Made by a program: the position numbers and the translations under genes. Source: Streptosporangiaceae bacterium (GTDB taxonomy: Bacteria > Actinomycetota > Actinomycetes > Streptosporangiales > Streptosporangiaceae). Taken from it: DNA of 64,000 nt. The notes beneath the pieces are model-generated. The model was given only the letters and a program-made list of their open reading frames with translations. It was not told the origin of the DNA and did no database searches. This document shows, in pieces, positions 53,609-61,091 of the stretch (the first letter of the stretch is position 1; each line of letters begins with the position of its first letter). Where the stretch lies: positions 3,413 to 67,412 of the forward strand of contig DATNFM010000054.1 of assembly GCA_035606435.1 (NCBI GenBank). Reading direction: 5' to 3'.

Positions 53609-54646
53609 GTGAAGGCGCTCAGCATCCACCTGACCGACGTATGCAATAGCAAGTGCACGTTCTGCATTGTCGACGCGCCGTACATGAAGCAGGACACGAT
53701 CATGCGACGACGGGTGTCGAGGTTTCTCGCCGAGCACGCGGGTCAGGGCTACGAGGCGGTCAGCCTGCATGGCGGTGAGGCCACGGTCCGGCCGGACTTC
53801 CTTGAGATCCTGGACGAGATCGCCGAACGGGGCTACCCGACCGTGTTCTTGATGACCAACGGCCGCAAGTTCGCCCGGATGAACTACGCCCAGACCGTGG
53901 TCGGCAAGGGAGTCAGCGAGTTCATCATTTCGCTGCACGGCGCCACGGCCGCGACCCAGGACGGGATCAGCCTCGCGCGCGGATCGTTCGACCAGGCGAT
54001 CCAGGGCATCAAGAACGTCAAGGCACTGGGCGCGACGGTGCGCACGAACTCCGTCGTCTGCAAGGACAACTACACCGAGCTGCCGGCCATCATCGACCTC
54101 TGCCTGGATCTCGGAGCCGACCAGGTGAGCATCTCGGCGCTGCATACCTCCGGCACGGCGTTGCGCAACTTCGACAAGGTCACGCCGCGGTACGAGGTGA
54201 TCCGGCCGTACGTGGTCGAGGCGACCGACCGGGCGGTTCGCCGGGGCACCCGGCCGTACCTGGAGGGCTTCCCTTACTGCGCGGTGCCGCCGGAGTACGA
54301 GGAGTACCTGGTCGACTGGGAGGAACACAAGTACAAGGTCCTGTACCGCAGCTTCGTCATGGACGACTACGGCGACCACATGGACGACTTCGCCCGGGTG
54401 AAGGACGAGCGCTGCGACTCGTGCTTCTTCAACGACGTGTGCGGCGGCGTCTACAAGGAGTACGCCGAGTTCATCGGCTGGGACGAGTTCAAGCCAGTGC
54501 TGACCCGGGGGGACGACCCCCCGGAACCCCCCGAAGGTCGGGACGCCTTAGGCGCCGCCTTCCCTCCTCGCTCTGGCGCTTCGCTTTGTCGCTCGTCAGT
54601 CCAGGCGGCACCGCGCCCCGACGGTCCGGTGGTGACTGTTCAATGA
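53609..54646 (+). CDS. Radical SAM enzyme with a C-terminal auxiliary-cluster (SPASM/twitch-like) Cys motif, paralog 1
   Basis: CNSKCTFC (Cx3Cx2C) at residues 12-19; FPYC and CDSCFFNDVCGG. The last ~45 residues are encoded by the repeat element and its flank. Confidence 0.85.
   Translation: MKALSIHLTDVCNSKCTFCIVDAPYMKQDTIMRRRVSRFLAEHAGQGYEAVSLHGGEATVRPDFLEILDEIAERGYPTVFLMTNGRKFARMNYAQTVVGKGVSEFIISLHGATAATQDGISLARGSFDQAIQGIKNVKALGATVRTNSVVCKDNYTELPAIIDLCLDLGADQVSISALHTSGTALRNFDKVTPRYEVIRPYVVEATDRAVRRGTRPYLEGFPYCAVPPEYEEYLVDWEEHKYKVLYRSFVMDDYGDHMDDFARVKDERCDSCFFNDVCGGVYKEYAEFIGWDEFKPVLTRGDDPPEPPEGRDALGAAFPPRSGASLCRSSVQAAPRPDGPVVTVQ
54501..54619. repeat. Long structured repeat, left copy: hairpin element plus GGCGCC-TAA-GGCGCC stem region
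   Basis: The reverse complement matches 55331..55434, apart from an internal ~12-nt longer, diverged segment. Confidence 0.85.
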
Positions 54647-55320
54647 TCCCGATTACCAAGGCCGACGACGACCTCTTCGGGACGGCCGTACTCGCGACTC
54701 GGCTGGGGCGGGCCAGGGCGCTGATCGAGCATCTGCGTAAGCGGTACCACGACGAATGGGATGACCCGATGGCTGGCGTGCCGTTCGCGCTGGCGATGTT
54801 CGCCCTGGTGCAATCGGGGCGAACAGAGATCTCGGCGGAGTTCAACTTCACCGACATCATCGAGACGTTCGGCGATCTGCTTTATGACGAGCCCAATCAC
54901 TGGCTCGCCCGGTACCTGCGAATCCACGCCCGGACGCTGCTGCCGACCGACGGCGACTACCAGAACTACATGATCGCCGAGCGAGTCAGGGCCGCCGAGG
55001 ACGTCCAGGAACTGATCGACCGGCAGAGCCGGGCCGCCTGGCAGCCCTGGTTCACCTGCACCTACATCACGGCGGCCAGGCTGGCCTGGCAGACGAACCC
55101 GGCCGACCTGGACGCGATCGCGAAACTGGTCACGACGGCCGCTGAGTTGCCGTGCGCGCCGGTCAGGTTCCCCTCGCTCGGCAGCGTCATGTGCAGCTCG
55201 TTCTTCTTGTACTACGACCAGCCTGAACTGCCGGAACGAGACACGGTCGGCGCCTTGACGGGGCTGGTCTTCCCCGATCACCTGATCGTGAAGCGCGACC
55301 GGGTGGAGCGGCTCGCATGA
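54643..55320 (+). CDS. Hypothetical protein, paralog of 60327..61079
   Basis: 225 aa. ATGA overlaps at both ends. N-terminus MIPITKADDDLFG versus MRLITPADDELYG, and EPNHWLARY versus EPDHWFARY. Confidence 0.7.
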   Translation: MIPITKADDDLFGTAVLATRLGRARALIEHLRKRYHDEWDDPMAGVPFALAMFALVQSGRTEISAEFNFTDIIETFGDLLYDEPNHWLARYLRIHARTLLPTDGDYQNYMIAERVRAAEDVQELIDRQSRAAWQPWFTCTYITAARLAWQTNPADLDAIAKLVTTAAELPCAPVRFPSLGSVMCSSFFLYYDQPELPERDTVGALTGLVFPDHLIVKRDRVERLA

Positions 55321-56747
55321 GTGCCCGGGAGGGGCGCGGTGCCGCCTGGACTGACGAGCGCAGTTTGCGAGGAGGGAAGGCGGCGCCTAAGGCGCCCCTC
55401 CCTTCGGGGGGTTCCGGGGGGTCGTCCCCCCGGGCCAGCACAGCTAAGACCGTTCTCTTCATCGTCACCAGCTTCTGGGCCTTTGGTGAGTTGGCGATCG
55501 CGCTTGAGTTCGCCGAGCGGATGACCGGCACCGGATTCCGGCCGCTGTTCCTAATTCCGCCCACGCACCGGGCGCAGGTCGCCGCGACCGGGTTTGAATA
55601 CCAGGTCATGATCCCGGGAGCCGGAAAGATCAACCGGATTCAGCTCGCGGACATCGGCCATGTGCACCAGCCCGCGCTGGTCGTGCTCGCCGACTTCCTG
55701 AACTACGACTTCTGCGAGCGTCACTACGGGCTGCGCCGCGGCGATCTCGCCGTGTTCGGCTGCCCGATCGGTACCTTCGACGACTTCTCGTGGGGCCGGC
55801 CGGGCGCCTGGCTGGACACCTACGGATTCCAGGCGAAGGTCGAGGGCGAGATCACGCTCGACGGGCTGTCGTTCCGGTTGCGACCGTGTCCCCTCAATGA
55901 CCCGATAGCAGAGCACAATCCGCTCGATGAAATCGGTGAAGCCCAGATCTACCCGTACCCGATGCTCGAGAACGTCACCGACGTTCCCGACGACCATCGG
56001 GCCACCGTCCGGAGCGAACTCGGCCTGGCTAAGGACCGGCCGGTGGTGCTGGTGACCGGCGCGACGTGGCAGCGGACACACGAGGCGTATCCCAGGGTCA
56101 CGGCGTTCGTGAATGCCTGCAACTCGATGCTGGAACGGCTGCTGGCGAACCTGCTTCCGCACGCGGACGTGCTGGCCGTCGGGCCGCAACTGGTATTCGG
56201 TGACCAGGTGCCGGCTGGATTCCACCCGCTCGGATCGGTTCCGCCGGAGCGGTTCCAGCGGCTGATCCAGGCCGTCGACCTGCACATCTCGAACAACATC
56301 ATCTCGGTGAGCCTGCACCGGCTGGCGCTGCGCGGGATCCCGTCGGTCGTGATGATCAACTCCCTGCACAAGCGGTCCGGGCGACTCCGCTGGGAAATGC
56401 CCTCGGGGGGCTCCGGGGGGCCGTCCCCCCTGGCCAGCTCAGCGGCCCCAGGGCTGTCTGGGTTCGCCCAGGGAGTCATCGATGACCTCGACTACCTGTA
56501 TCCATACCGGATGTTCCCGGTCGGGTGGTACCACTTCCTGGACTCGTTGCTGGCCGGCAATCCGTTCAGCGACGTGATCACGCAGGTCGAGACGTTCGAC
56601 GAGGAGGCGGCGCTGGCCGCGATCCTCCCGTTGCTTGCCGCTGGTCCGGAGCGCGACCGGCTGGCAACTGCCCGCGAGCAATACCTCGAGGCGCTGCGCA
56701 AGCTGCCCGAGGTCGGTTCGATCCTGAATGAGGTGGCGGCGCTATGA
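55317..56747 (+). CDS. Divergent GT-B-like protein, paralog A (repeat-encoded N-terminal extension)
   Basis: Paralogous to 56744..58024 and 61092..62351. The first ~40 codons are the repeat element. A second element copy is in frame at 56401. Confidence 0.7.
   Translation: MSAREGRGAAWTDERSLRGGKAAPKAPLPSGGSGGSSPRASTAKTVLFIVTSFWAFGELAIALEFAERMTGTGFRPLFLIPPTHRAQVAATGFEYQVMIPGAGKINRIQLADIGHVHQPALVVLADFLNYDFCERHYGLRRGDLAVFGCPIGTFDDFSWGRPGAWLDTYGFQAKVEGEITLDGLSFRLRPCPLNDPIAEHNPLDEIGEAQIYPYPMLENVTDVPDDHRATVRSELGLAKDRPVVLVTGATWQRTHEAYPRVTAFVNACNSMLERLLANLLPHADVLAVGPQLVFGDQVPAGFHPLGSVPPERFQRLIQAVDLHISNNIISVSLHRLALRGIPSVVMINSLHKRSGRLRWEMPSGGSGGPSPLASSAAPGLSGFAQGVIDDLDYLYPYRMFPVGWYHFLDSLLAGNPFSDVITQVETFDEEAALAAILPLLAAGPERDRLATAREQYLEALRKLPEVGSILNEVAAL
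55331..55434. repeat. Long structured repeat, right copy (inverted relative to 54501..54619)
   Basis: GGGGCGCGGTGCCGCCTGGACTGACGAGCGCAGTTTGCGAGGAGGGAAGGCGGCGCCTAAGGCGCCCCTCCCTTCGGGGGGTTCCGGGGGGTCGTCCCCCCGGG. Confidence 0.9.
56401..56433. repeat. Hairpin element, reverse orientation variant (CCTCGGGGGGCTCCGGGGGGCCGTCCCCCCTGG)
   Basis: In frame as PSGGSGGPSPLA in GT-B-like paralog A. Confidence 0.8.
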
Positions 56748-58024
56748 AACTCCTGGTGCTAGCTCCAAGCCGGCGTTCGCGCGGGGATGCGATCATCGCC
56801 GCCGACCTGGCTCGATCGCTGCCGAGGTCGCGGTTTCAGGTCGCGTTCGCGGCGGCGCCTGAAGTCCTGTCCCAACTGCACGACCTGGGAATGCCGACGC
56901 TGCCGCTGACCGGCGCCACCCCGGCCGACAACCTAGCGATCCTGGATCAGATCGTCGCCGGCTTCAAGCCGGACTGCCTGGTCGCCGCCGACGCGTTCGA
57001 GCTGGAGCACACCACGAAGTGGTCGGGCCTGGCGATGGGCATGCTGCGCGAGCGCTACGGCCGGCCGGTCGCGAGCCTGGACCGGCTGGGCTGGCAGGCG
57101 GCCGGCTACAAGGCCGACATCTACGGCGGCGGCGCTGGCCAACTCAGTGAGCTGACCTTCCCGCCGCTGCTGGATGACTGCGACGTGCTGATCAGGCCGT
57201 GCCCGCCGCACCGGGCCGAGCCGGGTCCGGCTGGCGTTGTGGTGGCGCCGCTCGGGCTGTCCGGGCTGCGCGATGGAGGGCGAACGTCGGAGTCCGCCCG
57301 GGCGGACCATGCCTCTGGCAAGGAGGCGGAGACCACTCTGCCGCTGCTAGGGGGACGACCCCCTAGGACCCCCGACCAACCCGTAGTGTTTCTTTCCAAC
57401 TCAGCGTGGGAGTACCGCAACCGGACTCGGTCTCTGGCCGTGGCTGAGCTGATCGATGCGTTGCCGCGATTGATCCACAGTCATCTCGCCGCGCTGGGCC
57501 GGCGGCTGCGGGTGGTGCACGTCGGGGCGCGGCAGTGGCGGTTCCCGCTCGCCGACCAGATCGACTACCGGCACTTCAGCAAGCTGCCATACCAGATGTT
57601 CCACGAGAAGCTGGCGGCGGCGGACCTGTTCGTGACGACGAACGTGCTGTCGGTCACGCTCGCGCAAGCGGTGCTGTCCGGCGTCCCGGCGCTCGTCCTG
57701 GAGAACCACCAGACGCTCGGGGCATCCGAGTTGCCCGGCTGGGTTGGCGCGGCGGCCCCGCTGCTGCGTTCCGCGTATCCGTTCCGGGTCGCGCCGCTGG
57801 GCTGGCACGACTTCCTGGAGCCACTGCTGGCCGGGAACCCGTACGCCGACTGTTTCGCGAGCGCCGGGATCCTGGATCGGCAGGCGGTGCTCAGTGCGGT
57901 GAATGGGCTGCTGGACGACGAACCGGGTCGATCGCAGCTTAAGGAGCGTCAGCAGGGTTTCCGCGACGCGCTGGCCGGGCTCCCTCCGGTCGGCGAGGCC
58001 CTGGCGGCGGCGGTGCCTCGATGA
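56744..58024 (+). CDS. Divergent GT-B-like protein, paralog B
   Basis: MKLLVLAPS...GDAIIAADLARSLP N-terminus; C-terminal LFVTTNVLSVTLAQAVLSGVPALVL in place of the GT1 HGG..T donor motif. Confidence 0.7.
   Translation: MKLLVLAPSRRSRGDAIIAADLARSLPRSRFQVAFAAAPEVLSQLHDLGMPTLPLTGATPADNLAILDQIVAGFKPDCLVAADAFELEHTTKWSGLAMGMLRERYGRPVASLDRLGWQAAGYKADIYGGGAGQLSELTFPPLLDDCDVLIRPCPPHRAEPGPAGVVVAPLGLSGLRDGGRTSESARADHASGKEAETTLPLLGGRPPRTPDQPVVFLSNSAWEYRNRTRSLAVAELIDALPRLIHSHLAALGRRLRVVHVGARQWRFPLADQIDYRHFSKLPYQMFHEKLAAADLFVTTNVLSVTLAQAVLSGVPALVLENHQTLGASELPGWVGAAAPLLRSAYPFRVAPLGWHDFLEPLLAGNPYADCFASAGILDRQAVLSAVNGLLDDEPGRSQLKERQQGFRDALAGLPPVGEALAAAVPR
57350..57374. repeat. Short-form hairpin element GGGGGACGACCCCCTAGGACCCCCG (extended stem CTAGGGGG-ACGA-CCCCCTAG)
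   Basis: In frame as LGGRPPRTP in the interdomain region of paralog B. Confidence 0.8.
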
Positions 58025-59367
58025 CGGCCGTAAGCGAGGCGACTCGACCGCTGGCCGGCCGGCGCCGGATCGACCCGTCGACCGGGCGGGTGTTCTCCGC
58101 GAGCATGCGCAACGACTTCCTGACCCCGCGCGGTACCCCATACAAGTGGCAGGAACTGACGGCCAGCGTCGAGCGGACGGTGATCGGCGGCGGGGGGCCG
58201 ACCGTGGTGCCGGTGCGGTATGAATGGCAACGGGTGGACGCCCAGGTCGGCAATCCGGACGGGGCGCAGACGCGCCGGGAGTGGACGTTCGCCCGGGGGC
58301 AGAGCTTCACCTCGCTGCTGCTGCACACCGAACTGGACGGCGCCCTCGCGCCCATGCCGGACTTCGACGGGCCGACCTGCACCACGATGGACATCTCCTA
58401 TCCGGGGCTGCCGAAGTCGCCCGCGGTCGACTTGCTGCTGATGCTGAGCTGGGACGTCGTCACGTTCGAGATGATGGCGACGAACCTGATCACCACGCCG
58501 GAGCTACGCGAGGTGGGCGGCTGCACCAACCTGGAGCGGATCTCGGGAACCTGGGCCGAGCTCCGGTTCTCCGATCCCAGGTCGACCGCGGTCTTCAGGA
58601 ACGCGCGGGGGACGGCGCGGCACCTGGGGTACGGGCACGCCGACGGCCGGCCGACCCGGATCTACACCTCGACGTGCTTGGACTGCCAGCTGGATGTTCG
58701 GTCCGGGCCGCTGGCTGAGCGGGGCCGTTCGTCGTACTGGCTGACGCTGCAGGTCGACGCCGAGAGCGCGGACCTGCTGTCGGCCGAGATGACCGAGATG
58801 ATCGTCGCCACGCTGACCGGTCCTGAAGCGAAAGCAGTTCCGGTCTGCAAGCGCCGGACCGTGCGGCTGTGGGCCGGGCTGGAGCCGAGCGGACTCGATC
58901 CGGCCGAGCCTTCCGCCTCCGGGACGGTCGCGGTCCAGCGGCACGACCCAGAGGTGCTCGCCGAGGCGATTAGGTTCGCCGGGCAGGTCGCCCAGTATCT
59001 GGCCTGGCAGGTCTCGTCGCTGGAGAACCTGCCGCAAGGGATGTCCGAGCTGGCCTTGATGGGATTCCGCAGCCTGGTGGGGGCGGACCTGGCCAGTACG
59101 TTTCTGCGGGTCAAGTCGCTGCAGACCGATCTGGAGGCGGCCGCTCGATCCTCTTCCGGGCAGGCCGCCCTGGCGCAGGCGCTGCCCGAGCACCGTCGGC
59201 GCCTTGAGGGGCTGCTCGCCTTCGGGCAGCTGGCGGCCGACGGGACCAACCGAGGCCTGGTTCTCGAAGAAGCCGACCGCAGGGCGACGCGCGCCCGCCT
59301 GCAGTCGGTCAGCAACGACCTCATCGCCCTGCTCGGGCTAGTCGAAAAACTGGAGCAACCACAATGA
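58021..59367 (+). CDS. Hypothetical protein (448 aa), no recognisable motif
   Basis: ATGA overlaps at both ends inside the operon; coding-like composition. Confidence 0.7.
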   Translation: MTAVSEATRPLAGRRRIDPSTGRVFSASMRNDFLTPRGTPYKWQELTASVERTVIGGGGPTVVPVRYEWQRVDAQVGNPDGAQTRREWTFARGQSFTSLLLHTELDGALAPMPDFDGPTCTTMDISYPGLPKSPAVDLLLMLSWDVVTFEMMATNLITTPELREVGGCTNLERISGTWAELRFSDPRSTAVFRNARGTARHLGYGHADGRPTRIYTSTCLDCQLDVRSGPLAERGRSSYWLTLQVDAESADLLSAEMTEMIVATLTGPEAKAVPVCKRRTVRLWAGLEPSGLDPAEPSASGTVAVQRHDPEVLAEAIRFAGQVAQYLAWQVSSLENLPQGMSELALMGFRSLVGADLASTFLRVKSLQTDLEAAARSSSGQAALAQALPEHRRRLEGLLAFGQLAADGTNRGLVLEEADRRATRARLQSVSNDLIALLGLVEKLEQPQ

Positions 59368-60323
59368 AGGCCCTGAGCGTCCATCTGACCGACATCTGCA
59401 ATAGCAAATGTTCCTTCTGCATCGTCGACTCGCCGCATATCAAGGAGGACTCGATCTCCCGTAAGCGGGTCTCCCGGTTCCTGCGGGAGAACGCGGACAA
59501 GGGTTACGAGGCCGTCAACATCCACGGCGGCGAAGCCACGATCCGCCGCGACTTCCTCGAGATCCTGGACGAGATCGGCGAGCTGGGCTACCCCACCGTG
59601 TATCTGCAGACCAATGGCCGCAAGCTCTCCCACATGAAATACGCCCGCACCGTCGTGGACAAGGGCGTCAGCTTGTTCATCGTGTCGATGCACGGCGCGA
59701 CCGGCCTGACCCAGGACCGGATCAGCAAGTCGCTCGGTTCGTTCGAGCAGGCGGTCAAGGGCATCAAGAACGTCAGCGAGCTGGGCGCGAATATCAGGAC
59801 CAACACGGTGGCGTGCAAGGACAACTTCACCGAACTGCCGGAGATCGCCGATCTGTGCGTGGATCTCGGGGCCGATCACGTGAACATCTCCGCGCTGCAT
59901 ACGGCGGGGACCGCGTTCCGCAACTTCTGGGAGGTGACGCCTCGGTACGACGAGATCCAGCCGTACGTGTTCGAGGCCGTGGACCGGGTTGCCCGCCGGG
60001 AGCGGGCGATCACCTTGGAAGGCTTCCCCTACTGCGCGATCCCGGGCTACGAGAAGTACATGATCGACTGGTCAGAGAACCAGTTCAAGATGCTGTACCG
60101 GGCGTTCGTGTTCGAGGACTACGAGAACTACATGGACTCGAACTCGCGGGTCAAGGACGCTCGGTGCTCGGGGTGCGCCTTTGACGAGGTGTGCGGCGGG
60201 GTCTATAAGGAGTACGCCGAGATGATCGGCTGGGACGAATTCCAGCCCGTCCCCGCGGGAGATTCCGAGGGCTCGTCCCCACGGGCTGGCACAGCTCCGA
60301 CCCCGACTACCTTGACGGCGTAA
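59364..60323 (+). CDS. Radical SAM enzyme with a C-terminal auxiliary-cluster Cys motif, paralog 2
   Basis: CNSKCSFC; FPYC; CSGCAFDEVCGG. 43 of the first 60 residues are identical to paralog 1 by eye. Confidence 0.85.
   Translation: MKALSVHLTDICNSKCSFCIVDSPHIKEDSISRKRVSRFLRENADKGYEAVNIHGGEATIRRDFLEILDEIGELGYPTVYLQTNGRKLSHMKYARTVVDKGVSLFIVSMHGATGLTQDRISKSLGSFEQAVKGIKNVSELGANIRTNTVACKDNFTELPEIADLCVDLGADHVNISALHTAGTAFRNFWEVTPRYDEIQPYVFEAVDRVARRERAITLEGFPYCAIPGYEKYMIDWSENQFKMLYRAFVFEDYENYMDSNSRVKDARCSGCAFDEVCGGVYKEYAEMIGWDEFQPVPAGDSEGSSPRAGTAPTPTTLTA
60254..60285. repeat. Decayed reverse-orientation hairpin element (CGCGGGAGATTCCGAGGGCTCGTCCCCACGGG)
   Basis: Aligns with CGGGGGGTTCCGGGGGGTCGTCCCCCCGGG; encodes GDSEGSSPRAG in the C-terminal tail of rSAM paralog 2. 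Confidence 0.55.
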
Positions 60324-60326
60324 GTC

Positions 60327-61079
60327 GTGCGGCTTATTACGCCGGCCGATGATGAGCTGTACGGACTGGCCAGCGCGGCGGGGAAGCTAGGCCGGGCCGA
60401 TCGGCTGCTGGCCATGCTCGAACGGGAACACCTGGCGCGGCCGGGCGATGGCGAAGCGGCCGGGCGGTACGCGCTGGCGATGATGGCGGTGCTGCCTAGC
60501 GTCAACTTCGAACTGGCCGCGCACGCACCGTTCACCGCCGCGATCGACGCGTGGGGGCGGGTCCTCGCCATCGAGCCTGATCACTGGTTCGCCCGGTACG
60601 GCCGGGCCCGGCTGCAGACGTTGACCCCGGGCGGCTACGGCCTCGATTCCGCTGGTGCGGCCGATGAGCTCGCGTCGGCGCGGGCGGATCTGGATTTCCT
60701 GATCGACCTGCAGTCCGGGCTCGGGTACCAGCCGTACTTCGTCAGCACCCATGCGCTGGCGACGGTGCTGGACGGGCTTTGCGTGGAGTCGGCCCGGGTC
60801 GGCCGGCCTTCGCTGGCCGATGAGCTGGCGGCGTGCCCTCGGGTCAATGTGCGCCTGCCCGCTCTGGGCGCGGTGCTGTGCGAGCCGCTGGTCACCTTGT
60901 ACGCGGGGTCGGCCGAACGGGAACGGCACGCGATCGGCGAGGTTGCCGCCGCGTTGTACGGGGACCAGGCCGCCGTCGCCGCGCTGCGTCGCTCCCTGCT
61001 TCAGTGCTGGCCCGGGAGGTGGGCGGGGGGTGAAGCGGGCGGGACCCCCCTGATCCCCCCGCAGCCGGCGCGGCGGTGA
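60327..61079 (+). CDS. Hypothetical protein, paralog of 54643..55320
   Basis: 250 aa, GTG start 3 nt after the rSAM stop; the C-terminal tail is encoded by the variant-B element. Confidence 0.7.
   Translation: MRLITPADDELYGLASAAGKLGRADRLLAMLEREHLARPGDGEAAGRYALAMMAVLPSVNFELAAHAPFTAAIDAWGRVLAIEPDHWFARYGRARLQTLTPGGYGLDSAGAADELASARADLDFLIDLQSGLGYQPYFVSTHALATVLDGLCVESARVGRPSLADELAACPRVNVRLPALGAVLCEPLVTLYAGSAERERHAIGEVAAALYGDQAAVAALRRSLLQCWPGRWAGGEAGGTPLIPPQPARR
61018..61060. repeat. Variant-B G/C-run element (GGTGGGCGGGGGGTGAAGCGGGCGGGACCCCCCTGATCCCCCC)
   Basis: Matches 46526..46569; encodes WAGGEAGGTPLIPP. Confidence 0.75.
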
Positions 61080-61091
61080 GGCGATGAGGCG

